DNA of 64,000 nucleotides, from assembly GCA_035575945.1 (NCBI GenBank), contig DATLXF010000055.1:3727-67726 (forward strand), written 5' to 3'. This DNA comes from Bradyrhizobium sp. (GTDB lineage Bacteria > Pseudomonadota > Alphaproteobacteria > Rhizobiales > Xanthobacteraceae). The notes under the pieces were generated by a model. It was not told where the DNA came from and ran no database searches. It saw only the letters and a program-made list of their open reading frames with translations. Within the stretch, counting starts at the first letter, position 1, and each line of letters begins with the position of its first letter. Position numbers and translations under genes: made by a program. Below are positions 21,847-30,784 of the stretch, one piece after another.

Positions 21847-22082
21847 CTCGCCCGCACGTACAGGGTTTGCGAAGATTTGTGGCAACCCGACGCGAGGCGC
21901 CGAATTCGGCCGCTTTGGTATGGTTTTGGCGCCGATCTTGCAATACCCCATTCTCAACGACCGTAGTTAAGGGCTGTCGTTAAGGGCGTCGTGAAGAAGC
22001 CGGTCGGAGAAACGGAGAGCCTATTGCGACCGTGTCAAAGTGGCGGCTAAACAGGGGCGGCTAGCGATCCCCAGGGAACAGG

Positions 22083-23072
22083 ATGACGGATCAGGCGATT
22101 TTGGTGAGCGGAGCGGCCGGTTTCATCGGCTTTCATGTCGCGCGCCAACTCCTGGGCGAAGGTCATCCGGTCGTCGGGCTCGACAACCTCAACAGCTATT
22201 ACGATCCGGCGCTGAAGCAGGCGCGCCTTGCGCTGCTTCGGGACGAGCCCCGCTTCTCCTTCGTCGAGGCCGACCTTGCCGACCGCGAAAGGATGGCGGC
22301 GCTGTTTGCGCAACATCGTTTTGCCAAAGTCGTGCATCTCGCGGCTCAGGCCGGCGTGCGCTACTCGATCGAGCAGCCGCACGCCTATGCCGATTCCAAT
22401 CTCGTGGGCTTCCTCAATGTGCTGGAGGGCTGCCGCAACAATTCCTGTCGTCATCTCGTCTACGCCTCGTCATCCTCCGTTTACGGCGCCAACACAAAAC
22501 TGCCATTTGCCGTTGCAGATCGCACCGATCACCCCGTGAGCTTCTATGCCGCGACCAAGAAAGCCAACGAGGTGATGGCGCAGTCCTACAGCCATCTCTA
22601 TCGCCTGCCTGTCACGGGGCTGCGCTTCTTCACCATTTACGGCCCGTGGGGGCGGCCCGACATGGCGATGTTCCTGTTCGCGAATGCCATCATGGCCGGC
22701 AAGCCGATCCGGCTCTTCAACCATGGCAGGATGCGGCGCGACTTCACCTATGTCGACGATGTGACGCGCGTCGTATCGAAGCTGATCGATCTCGTGCCTG
22801 CGGACAATCCGGCTGCCGCAAATGCGCCGTTTAAGCTCTACAATGTCGGCAATCACCATCCGGAAGAACTGATGCACGTCGTCGGTCTTCTGGAGCGGGA
22901 GCTGGGCCGGACGGCGATCAGAGAATTGCTGCCGATGCAGCCGGGAGATGTGCTGGAAACGTTCGCGGATGTCGAGGATCTGATGCGCGACACCGGCTTT
23001 GCGCCGTCAACGCCGATCGAGCATGGGGTCCATAATTTCGTCACCTGGTATCGCGACTACTTCAAGGTTTGA
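22083..23072 (+). CDS. UDP-glucuronate 4-epimerase (LspL/WcaG-like)
   Basis: GAAGFIGFH, HLAAQAGVRYS, YAATKKANE, RFFTIYGPWGRPDMA. Confidence 0.92.
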   Translation: MTDQAILVSGAAGFIGFHVARQLLGEGHPVVGLDNLNSYYDPALKQARLALLRDEPRFSFVEADLADRERMAALFAQHRFAKVVHLAAQAGVRYSIEQPHAYADSNLVGFLNVLEGCRNNSCRHLVYASSSSVYGANTKLPFAVADRTDHPVSFYAATKKANEVMAQSYSHLYRLPVTGLRFFTIYGPWGRPDMAMFLFANAIMAGKPIRLFNHGRMRRDFTYVDDVTRVVSKLIDLVPADNPAAANAPFKLYNVGNHHPEELMHVVGLLERELGRTAIRELLPMQPGDVLETFADVEDLMRDTGFAPSTPIEHGVHNFVTWYRDYFKV

Positions 23073-23079
23073 AATCACC

Positions 23080-24492
23080 ATGGACAAACGCATAATCCCC
23101 CTGATCATGTGCGGCGGTGCCGGCACGCGGCTGTGGCCGGCTTCGCGCGAGGTGCGCCCGAAGCAATTCCTGCCGCTGTTCGGCACGCGCTCGACCTTCC
23201 AGGACACGCTGCTGCGCGTGTCCGATCCCTCCCTGTTCGACCGGCCGATCGTCATCACCAACGCGTCCTACCGCTTCATGGTGCTGGAGCAGCTCGCCGA
23301 GATCGGCATCGAGGCGGACGTGATCCTCGAGCCGATGCGGCGCGATTCCGGCCCTGCGATTGCCGCAGGCGCGGCGTTCGCGCAGAACCGCGCCAGCGAG
23401 GCGATCGTGCTCGCGCTCGCCGCCGATCACGTCGTGCAGGACAATGCCGCCTTCGTCGCCGCCTGCCGCGAGGGCCTCAACGCCGCGAGCACCGGGCGAA
23501 TCGTCACCTTCGGCGTCAAGCCGGAGCGGCCGGCGACCGAATACGGCTACATCAACCCGGGCGAGGTGATCTCCGGCGAGGTGCATGCGGTCACGCGCTT
23601 CGTCGAGAAGCCGGACGCGGTGAAGGCCTCCGACTACGTCAATTCCGGCTATCTCTGGAACAGCGGCAACTTCATGTTTCCGGCGGGCGTGCTGCTCGAC
23701 GAGTACCGCAAGGTCGATGCGGCAAGCGTCGAAGCCGTGACCGGCGCCGTCAACAATGCCGGCCGCGATCTCGGCTTCGTCACGCTGGAGCCGCAGGCGT
23801 TCGCCGCGGTCAAGGCGATCTCGATCGACTATGCGGTGATGGAGAAGACCTCGCGCGCCGCCGTGGTGCCGGTGTCTTGCGGCTGGTCGGACGTCGGCTC
23901 CTGGCTCGCGGTGTGGGAGCTGTCGGAGAAGGACGCGCAAGGCAATGCGGCGCACGGCACCGCCGTGTTCGAGGATTCCCGCAACTGCAACGTCACCACC
24001 GATTCCGCGCTGGTCGCGCTCGAAGGCGTCGACGATCTCGTCGTGGTCGCAACCGCCGACGCGATCCTGGTCTCGCGCCAGAAGGATGCCAACGGGTTGA
24101 AGCGGCTGGTCACCAAGCTCAAGACGGTCGCGCCGAAGGTCACCGAGGAGCATCTGAAGGTGCACCGTCCCTGGGGCAGCTATCAATCCGTCGACAACGG
24201 CGAGCGTCACCAGGTCAAGCGCATCGTGGTGAAGCCGGGCGGACGCCTGTCGCTCCAGAAGCATCACCACCGCGCCGAGCACTGGATCGTGGTGCGCGGC
24301 ACGGCCCAGGTCACGGTCAACGAGACCGTGAAGACCGTGCACGAGAACGAGTCGATCTACATCCCGATGGGCGCCGTCCACCGGATGGAGAACCCCGGCA
24401 AGATCCAGCTGGAACTGATCGAGGTCCAGACTGGAAGCTATCTCGGGGAAGACGACATCATCCGGATTGAAGACGACTACCAAAGGTCGTAA
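23080..24492 (+). CDS. manC: Mannose-1-phosphate guanylyltransferase / mannose-6-phosphate isomerase
   Basis: GGAGTRLWPASR..PKQF, FVEKPD, WNSG, WSDVGSW, and a C-terminal cupin (RPWG, HHHRAEHW). Confidence 0.95.
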   Translation: MDKRIIPLIMCGGAGTRLWPASREVRPKQFLPLFGTRSTFQDTLLRVSDPSLFDRPIVITNASYRFMVLEQLAEIGIEADVILEPMRRDSGPAIAAGAAFAQNRASEAIVLALAADHVVQDNAAFVAACREGLNAASTGRIVTFGVKPERPATEYGYINPGEVISGEVHAVTRFVEKPDAVKASDYVNSGYLWNSGNFMFPAGVLLDEYRKVDAASVEAVTGAVNNAGRDLGFVTLEPQAFAAVKAISIDYAVMEKTSRAAVVPVSCGWSDVGSWLAVWELSEKDAQGNAAHGTAVFEDSRNCNVTTDSALVALEGVDDLVVVATADAILVSRQKDANGLKRLVTKLKTVAPKVTEEHLKVHRPWGSYQSVDNGERHQVKRIVVKPGGRLSLQKHHHRAEHWIVVRGTAQVTVNETVKTVHENESIYIPMGAVHRMENPGKIQLELIEVQTGSYLGEDDIIRIEDDYQRS

Positions 24493-24673
24493 CCAGCAAG
24501 CTCCGAATCACGCGACCCGGGCCGAGCAGCGGTATCTTCTCGGCTTAAGGCCCGGGGAACGTGTAACTTTTTGAATCAAATCGTGTCCGGCCCGCTAGCC
24601 CGGCATTCGCCACAAATGTGGCGTCCGTGCTAGAAGCGCGCCGGGGATTTGGGTTGAATCGGGGTTTGCTCAG

Positions 24674-25678
24674 ATGAGTTCCAGGGGACTTGCGCCGGCA
24701 AAGGCCGGCTTGCGCGTCGGCGTCATCGGTGCCGGCGTGATGGGCAGCAACCACGCGCGCGTGCTCAGCGGCCTTCCCGGCGTCAGCCTCGTCGGCGTCG
24801 TCGATCCCTCGCCGGCACATCGCACGCGGGCGATGGAACTTGCCAATTGCGAAAGCTTCGAGACGCTCCAGCAGCTTTTGGCCGAAGGCGTCGATGCCGT
24901 CACCATCGCGGCGCCCACCCATCTGCATCACGAGGTCGCGCTCGCCTGCATCGCCAGGAACATCCACGTGCTGGTCGAGAAACCGATCGCGTCCACGGTG
25001 CAAGAAGGGCGCGAGATCGTGGCCGCCGCGCAGAAGGCCGGCGTCACGCTGATGGTCGGCCATGTCGAGCGCTTCAATCCGGCCGTCGCGGCCGTCAAGC
25101 AGGCGATCGCGGGCGAGGACATTCTCTCCATCGCGATCACCCGCGTCGGCCCGTTCCCGCCGCGCATGTCCAATGTCGGCGTCGTCATCGACCTCGCCGT
25201 GCACGACATCGACCTGATCCGCTGGTTCACCGAATCCGACATCGTCGAGGTGCAGCCGCAATTGTCGAGCGCGGTCGCCGAGCGCGAGGACATCGCGCTG
25301 CTGCAGTTTCGCACCGCCAACGGCGTGCTCGCCCACATCAACACCAACTGGCTGACGCCGTTCAAGGCGCGCAGCGTCACGGTCGCGACCCGCGGTAAAT
25401 ACGTGATGGGCGATCTGCTCACGCGCCAGGTCACCGAGTGCTTCGGCTTCAAGCCCGACGGCAGCTATTCGATGCGGCATCTGCCTGTCGGCCACGACGA
25501 GCCGCTGCGGGCCGAGCTGATCGCGTTCCTGAAGGCGGTGCGTAGCGGCGAAGCTCCCGCGGTGACGGGCGACGAGGGCGTTGCCAGCCTCGAGATCGCC
25601 ACGCAGTGCCTGGAGACGCCCTCGCGTCCCGCGGCCACGTCGCCGGCCCGCAAGGGACCGCGCCGCATCGCCGGCTGA
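24674..25678 (+). CDS. Gfo/Idh/MocA oxidoreductase (GnnA-like UDP-GlcNAc 3-dehydrogenase)
   Basis: GAGVMG, VEKPIA, GHVERFNPA, DLAVHDID; directly upstream of a DegT aminotransferase. Confidence 0.85.
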   Translation: MSSRGLAPAKAGLRVGVIGAGVMGSNHARVLSGLPGVSLVGVVDPSPAHRTRAMELANCESFETLQQLLAEGVDAVTIAAPTHLHHEVALACIARNIHVLVEKPIASTVQEGREIVAAAQKAGVTLMVGHVERFNPAVAAVKQAIAGEDILSIAITRVGPFPPRMSNVGVVIDLAVHDIDLIRWFTESDIVEVQPQLSSAVAEREDIALLQFRTANGVLAHINTNWLTPFKARSVTVATRGKYVMGDLLTRQVTECFGFKPDGSYSMRHLPVGHDEPLRAELIAFLKAVRSGEAPAVTGDEGVASLEIATQCLETPSRPAATSPARKGPRRIAG

Positions 25679-25723
25679 TCCCTTTCCATGTCGACCAATC
25701 GAGAAGGCGCCAAGAACGAGGCT

Positions 25724-26875
25724 ATGAACCAGCATCTGCGATCCGACCCCATTCCCTTCATCGACGTCGCTTCGCAGCGCCGTCGGCTCGGCGCCTCGCT
25801 CGATGCGGCGGTCAAGCGCGTGATGGATCATTGCCAGTTCGTCAACGGCCCCGAGGTGTTCGAGCTCGAGAAGCAGCTCGCGGCCTATTGCGGCGCCAAG
25901 CACGCGATCGCCTGCGCCAGCGGCACCGACGCGATCCTGATGGTGATGATGGCCAGGAATGTCGGGCCGGGCGATGCCGTGCTGTGCCCGTCCTTCACCT
26001 TCATCGCGACCGCCTCGCCGGTGGCGCGGACCGGTGCGACGCCTGTCTATGTCGACGTGGACGAGACGACCTTCAACATGAGCCCGGAGTCGCTGAAGCG
26101 CGGCATCGCGGCCGCCCGGAAGGCGGGTCTCAAGCCGGTGGCTGTCATTCCGGTCGATCTGTTCGGCCAGCCGGCCGATCACGATGCCATCGCCGAGATC
26201 GCCAGGGCCGAGAACCTGTTCGTGCTCGACGACGCCGCGCAAGGCTTCGGCGCCAGCCACAAGGGCCGCAAGCTCGGCACCTTCGGGCTTGCCACGGCGA
26301 CCAGCTTCTTCCCGGCCAAGCCGCTCGGCTGCTTCGGCGACGGCGGCGCGATCTTCACCGATGACGACGAGCTCGCGGCCACGCTGCGCAGCATCCGCGT
26401 GCACGGGCAGGGCGTCGACAAATACGACAATGTCCGCCTCGGTCTCACGGGCCGGATCGACACCATGCAGGCCGCGGTCCTGATCGAGAAGCTGAAGATC
26501 TTCGACGACGAGATCGCCGCCCGCAACCGGGTCGCCGAACGTTATGCCCGCGGGCTGTCCAACGTGGTTACCGTGCCGCGCCTCGCGCCGGGCAATACCT
26601 CGGTCTGGGCGCAGTACACGATCCGCCTGCCTGAAGGCACCGACCGCGACGGCTTCGCTGCGGCGCTGAAAGCCCAGGGCGTGCCGACCGCGATCTATTA
26701 CGGCAAGTCGATGCATCAGCAGACCGCCTACAAGCACTATCCCGTTGCCGAGGGCGGGCTGCCGGGGTGCGAGAGCCTGTCGCGGGACGTCATCAGCCTG
26801 CCGATGCACGCCTATCTGACCGAGGCCGACCAAGAGCGGGTGATCGCCGCCGTACAAGGCGCGCTGGCGAGCTGA
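25724..26875 (+). CDS. DegT/DnrJ/EryC1/StrS aminotransferase (GnnB-like)
   Basis: ASGTDA, FTFIAT, DDAAQ, SFFPAKPLGCFGDGG (PLP lysine). Confidence 0.92.
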   Translation: MNQHLRSDPIPFIDVASQRRRLGASLDAAVKRVMDHCQFVNGPEVFELEKQLAAYCGAKHAIACASGTDAILMVMMARNVGPGDAVLCPSFTFIATASPVARTGATPVYVDVDETTFNMSPESLKRGIAAARKAGLKPVAVIPVDLFGQPADHDAIAEIARAENLFVLDDAAQGFGASHKGRKLGTFGLATATSFFPAKPLGCFGDGGAIFTDDDELAATLRSIRVHGQGVDKYDNVRLGLTGRIDTMQAAVLIEKLKIFDDEIAARNRVAERYARGLSNVVTVPRLAPGNTSVWAQYTIRLPEGTDRDGFAAALKAQGVPTAIYYGKSMHQQTAYKHYPVAEGGLPGCESLSRDVISLPMHAYLTEADQERVIAAVQGALAS

Positions 26876-26880
26876 ATTCT

Positions 26881-27035
26881 TGCCCTCTCCCCTTGTGGGA
26901 GAGGGTGGCTCGCCGCGTGAGCGGCGGGACGGGTGAGGGGTTTCTCTCCGCAGGCAATGCGCGGAGAGAAACCCCTCACCCGACCGAGCATGTGTCTGCT
27001 TCCGGCGCGGTCCTCTCCCACAAGGGGAGAGGGCA
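26881..27035. repeat. Palindromic intergenic element with 24-bp terminal inverted repeats
   Basis: tgccctctccccttgtgggagagg...cctctcccacaaggggagagggca, with an internal IR gggtgaggggtttctctccgc / gcggagagaaacccctcaccc. Confidence 0.85.
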
Positions 27036-27094
27036 CCGCAACGCGCATTACAGGATGCAATCGACCTCTGCCCAATTAGGCTCTAGAAGAGCGC

Positions 27095-28621
27095 ATGCTC
27101 GGACGCATCTTCACGGTCGGTGGATATACGCTGCTCTCGCGGCTGACGGGGTTCGCCCGCGACATCATGCTCGCGGCGATCCTCGGCGCCGGCCCGGTGG
27201 CCGATGCCTTCTTCGTGGCGTTGCGGCTGCCCAATCATTTCCGCGCGATCTTTGCCGAGGGGGCGTTCAACGCCGCCTGGGTGCCGGCCTATGCCCATGT
27301 CCATGGCGAGAAGGGCGCAGGCGCAGCCAGCCTGTTCGCCGACCGCATCTTCACGCTGCTGCTGGCATCGCAGGTGGTGCTGCTGATCGTCGCCTGGCTG
27401 TTCATGCCGCAGGCCATGAGCATTTTGGCGCCGGGCTTCGGTGACGATGCCGAGCAGCGCAAGCTCGCGATCGAGCTGACCCGCATCACCTTTCCCTATC
27501 TGCTCTTGATCACGCTGGTGACGCTCTATGGCGGCATGCTCAACGTGATGCAACGCTTTGCCAGCGCCGCGGCGGCCTCGATCTTCCTCAACGTCGCGAT
27601 GATGATGACGCTGGCGCTCGCCGCCTGGTTTCCGACCGCCGGCCATGCCGCGGCCTGGGGCGTGCTGATCTCCGGCTTCCTGCAATATTTCCTGCTCGCC
27701 GGCGATCTCGCCCGCCACGGCGGCCTGCCGCGCTTTGCCCCGCCCAAGCTCGATGAGGACGTGCGCGGCTTCTTCAAGGCGCTGGGGCCGGCGACACTGG
27801 GCTCGATGGGCACGCAGGTCGCGCTGTTCGCCGACACCATCATCGCAACTTTCCTGCCCGCAGGCGCGCTGTCGGCGCTCTATTATGCCGACCGGCTCAA
27901 CCAGCTGCCGATCGGCGTGATCGGCATCGCCATCGGCACGGTGCTGCTGCCGGAAATGTCGCGGCGGATCACGGCCAACGACCAGGACGGCGCGATGAGG
28001 GCGCAGCGCCGTGCCTTCGATTTCACGCTGCTGTTCTCGATCCCGTTCGTCGCGGCCTTCCTTGCCGTGCCCGACGAGATCATGCGCGCGCTGTTCGCCC
28101 GCGGCGCCTTCTCGCAGGCCGATGCGGTCGCCGCCGGCGGCACGCTCGCAGCCTATGCCATCGGCCTCATCCCGTTCGTCCTGATCCGCAGCGCGGTCGC
28201 GACCTTCTATGCGCGCAAGGACACGGCGACGCCGGTGCGGGCGTCGCTGACCGGCATCGCCGTCAACGTCGCGCTGAAGGTCGCCCTCATGGGATCGCTC
28301 GCGCAGATCGGCCTTGCGCTCGCAACGGCCGTCGGCGTCTGGACCAATCTGTTGCTGGTGCTGTTCTTCGCCGTGCGGCGCGGTTTCCTCGTGCTGGACC
28401 GCGCCTGGCTGATGTCGCTCGGCAAATTCCTGCTGACCGGACTGATCCTCGCGGCGGCGTTCTGGCTGATCGCGCGTTTCGGCGCACCGACGCTCGCCTT
28501 GATGCGTTTCCACGATGAGTTGATGCTGGTCCTGCTCGCGGCCGGTGGCACTATCGTCTACGCGCTCGCGATCCTCTTGCTATTTGGACGCATGTGGCTG
28601 ATCTCGCTGGTGCGCGGATAG
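27095..28621 (+). CDS. murJ: Lipid II flippase MurJ (MviN)
   Basis: SRLTGFARD, PNHFRAIFAEGAF, YYADRLNQLP, FYARKDTATP. Confidence 0.96.
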   Translation: MLGRIFTVGGYTLLSRLTGFARDIMLAAILGAGPVADAFFVALRLPNHFRAIFAEGAFNAAWVPAYAHVHGEKGAGAASLFADRIFTLLLASQVVLLIVAWLFMPQAMSILAPGFGDDAEQRKLAIELTRITFPYLLLITLVTLYGGMLNVMQRFASAAAASIFLNVAMMMTLALAAWFPTAGHAAAWGVLISGFLQYFLLAGDLARHGGLPRFAPPKLDEDVRGFFKALGPATLGSMGTQVALFADTIIATFLPAGALSALYYADRLNQLPIGVIGIAIGTVLLPEMSRRITANDQDGAMRAQRRAFDFTLLFSIPFVAAFLAVPDEIMRALFARGAFSQADAVAAGGTLAAYAIGLIPFVLIRSAVATFYARKDTATPVRASLTGIAVNVALKVALMGSLAQIGLALATAVGVWTNLLLVLFFAVRRGFLVLDRAWLMSLGKFLLTGLILAAAFWLIARFGAPTLALMRFHDELMLVLLAAGGTIVYALAILLLFGRMWLISLVRG

Positions 28622-28705
28622 GCGCGGGCTGCAGGCTGATAGGCGACATCACGGTGCTCGCCTGCTAGGATATGCGATCAACGTGGTTGCTTTCGAGTGA
28701 TTGCA

Positions 28706-28966
28706 ATGGAAACGGTGCGCGACATTTTTCTTATTGGCGTGATGTTGGCTTTCGTGACTTCCTTGCTGGCCGGCTTCTACTTTTCGATTCGCACCGGCCT
28801 TAATCGTCGTCGTCCCTCGAAGCGCGGGTTCGTTCACACGAACCCTCTCAACGCGCTGTTTTTTGAGGATGAACTGTTACCGGAAGGTCTGAGGTATAGG
28901 GCCAAGGCATTCTGGGCGTTCCTAATTGCATTCATTTCGATTTTCGTTGCGTTTGCTCTCGGATAA
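28706..28966 (+). CDS. Small hypothetical membrane protein with two TMs, lower GC
   Basis: Hydrophobic N- and C-terminal segments around NPLNALFFEDELLPEGLRYR; AT-richer codon usage. Confidence 0.55.
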   Translation: METVRDIFLIGVMLAFVTSLLAGFYFSIRTGLNRRRPSKRGFVHTNPLNALFFEDELLPEGLRYRAKAFWAFLIAFISIFVAFALG

Positions 28967-29141
28967 GCCTCTCTAGTTTATCCGAACCATTCGCCCGTCT
29001 CCGTGGTGCTCGTGTTGAACCGTGACCAAGGTTAGTCATCAACGTGCCGCCGCCTTCGGCAGAATGGGGTTCACCTCCAGGCTGCAACCAACATCCGCAC
29101 ATCTCTTGATTTTTGCGTGATTGCCGTGGTAGGAGTTGCTC

Positions 29142-29219
29142 ATGACTAAATTCTCGCGCACCGTGAACTGCAACCACATCACCCGCTTCGGCTGGGCGGT
29201 GGAAGGAGTCGTGCGCTAG
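29142..29219 (+). CDS. Putative leader peptide, 25 aa
   Basis: AGGAG at 29131-29135, ATG 29142, TAG 29217-29219: MTKFSRTVNCNHITRFGWAVEGVVR. Followed within 30 nt by a terminator. Confidence 0.6.
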   Translation: MTKFSRTVNCNHITRFGWAVEGVVR

Positions 29220-29246
29220 GAGTTCGACGACGACATCTCTTCCACC

Positions 29247-29278
29247 AGGCCCCGCCGGCATCGGACGGGGCCTTTTTC
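29247..29278 (+). terminator. Intrinsic terminator (attenuator) upstream of the DUF1127 gene
   Basis: aggccccg...cggggcct stem plus a T run, about 40 nt before the next ATG. Confidence 0.8.
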
Positions 29279-29319
29279 ATTGGCCACGCTCCCTGCCGGC
29301 TCATCAGCAGGAGCATCCG

Positions 29320-29709
29320 ATGCCACCGCAACTGACGGACATCTCGCCCGGAATTGAGAGGGACGCCGCGAAGCGCGGCCTCGGCCTCTCCATGGTGCAG
29401 GCGAAGCGCGCGGTTGACCAGGCGTTGGCAGCACGCCTCAAGTCGTCTGCCGCGGCGCTGGAAAGCGCTGTGTCGGATAAGGATGGTGCCCGGCCAGCGG
29501 CGCGAAGCGTCCTCGGTCTGCTCAAGCAATATTGGAGTGCGCTTTGGCAGCGACGCCAGGGCCGGCGGCTCACCGTGCAGGACTTGAGCGACAGGGACCT
29601 GATGGACATCGGCCTGACGCGCGGCGAGGTCGACCACTTCACGCCAGAACGCGTCATCGATAGGCTGAGAGACCGCGCCGCGGATCCATGGAGCCGGGGT
29701 GTCATGTAA
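29320..29709 (+). CDS. DUF1127 domain-containing protein
   Basis: aggag RBS; C-terminal WQRRQGRR...DLSDRDLMDIGLTRGEV matches the DUF1127 pattern. Confidence 0.8.
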   Translation: MPPQLTDISPGIERDAAKRGLGLSMVQAKRAVDQALAARLKSSAAALESAVSDKDGARPAARSVLGLLKQYWSALWQRRQGRRLTVQDLSDRDLMDIGLTRGEVDHFTPERVIDRLRDRAADPWSRGVM

Positions 29710-29735
29710 CAGATCAACCAGACGGTTCGGCGAAC

Positions 29736-30671
29736 ATGGTCCCGTTTTTTGAACGGCTCGACCGCGCAAGCAAAGTGCTTGTTGCGGGCTGCGGCGGTGG
29801 CTTCGACCTCTTCGCCGGAGTGCCGCTCGCGCAGCGTCTTGTCGCGCAGGGCAAACAGGTCGTGTTCGCCAGCCTCTCCTTTACCAATTTATGGCTGTGC
29901 GGCGGCGAGCGTGTCGGGGAGACGACTTGGCGCATCGATCAGCACGCTGCAGAAATTCCATACTTCCCAGAGAGGTGGCTGGCCGAATGGCTCGGTCGCC
30001 GCGAGCAGCTCGCGCCGATCTACGCTTTTGCGAAGAGCGGCGTTCGTCCGCTCGCAGCGGCGTATCGCCTTATCATCGATCGCCACGACGTCGACACGGT
30101 GATCCTGATAGACGGCGGGACCGACAGTCTCGTGTTCGGCGATGAGCCCGGCGTCGGCAGCGTCGTCGAGGACGCGGTCTCGCTCGTCGCCGCCGATCAG
30201 GCCGCGGGCGACAACGTGCTGCTCGCCGCGATCGGCTTCGGCGTCGATCACTATCATGGCATCTCGCATCACGCGTTCCTGGAGAATACCGCGCAGCTGA
30301 TTCGGGATGGCGGATTTCTTGGCATGTTCTCGCTGTCGCAGGGTGGCAAGGAGGCCGAGGCCTTCCTCGACCTGGTTGAATACGCCAACCAGCGCCAGCC
30401 GCAGCATCCGAGCATCGTGTGCAATTCGATCGCGAGTGCACTGCGGGGCGAGTTCGGCAACTATCATGCCACCAGCCGGACCGGTGGCAACGAGCTGTTC
30501 ATAAACCCTCTGATGACGCAGTATTGGACGTTCCAATCATCGGCCGTGGTGCACCGCATGGCCTATGCGGGACGACTGGCCGAAACCGAACGAGCTGAGG
30601 ACGTCCGCAGGATCATCGATCTCCACAGGGAGACGAGCGAACTACGACCTTTCCGCCCGATCCCGCTCTGA
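29736..30671 (+). CDS. DUF1152-like protein of unknown function
   Basis: VLVAGCGGGFD, ASLSF, YFPE, LIDGGTDSL.FGDE, GFGVD..HG, LFINPLM motifs. Confidence 0.75.
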   Translation: MVPFFERLDRASKVLVAGCGGGFDLFAGVPLAQRLVAQGKQVVFASLSFTNLWLCGGERVGETTWRIDQHAAEIPYFPERWLAEWLGRREQLAPIYAFAKSGVRPLAAAYRLIIDRHDVDTVILIDGGTDSLVFGDEPGVGSVVEDAVSLVAADQAAGDNVLLAAIGFGVDHYHGISHHAFLENTAQLIRDGGFLGMFSLSQGGKEAEAFLDLVEYANQRQPQHPSIVCNSIASALRGEFGNYHATSRTGGNELFINPLMTQYWTFQSSAVVHRMAYAGRLAETERAEDVRRIIDLHRETSELRPFRPIPL

Positions 30672-30784
30672 CCGGCGACGATGCCGACATTTTTCGCGGG
30701 CGGCGCCCGCCCAATCCCCGTTTGCCTTGCCAGTTTTTCCACGGCAATATACCCGCAAAACAACCATGAGAACGGGACAATCAA

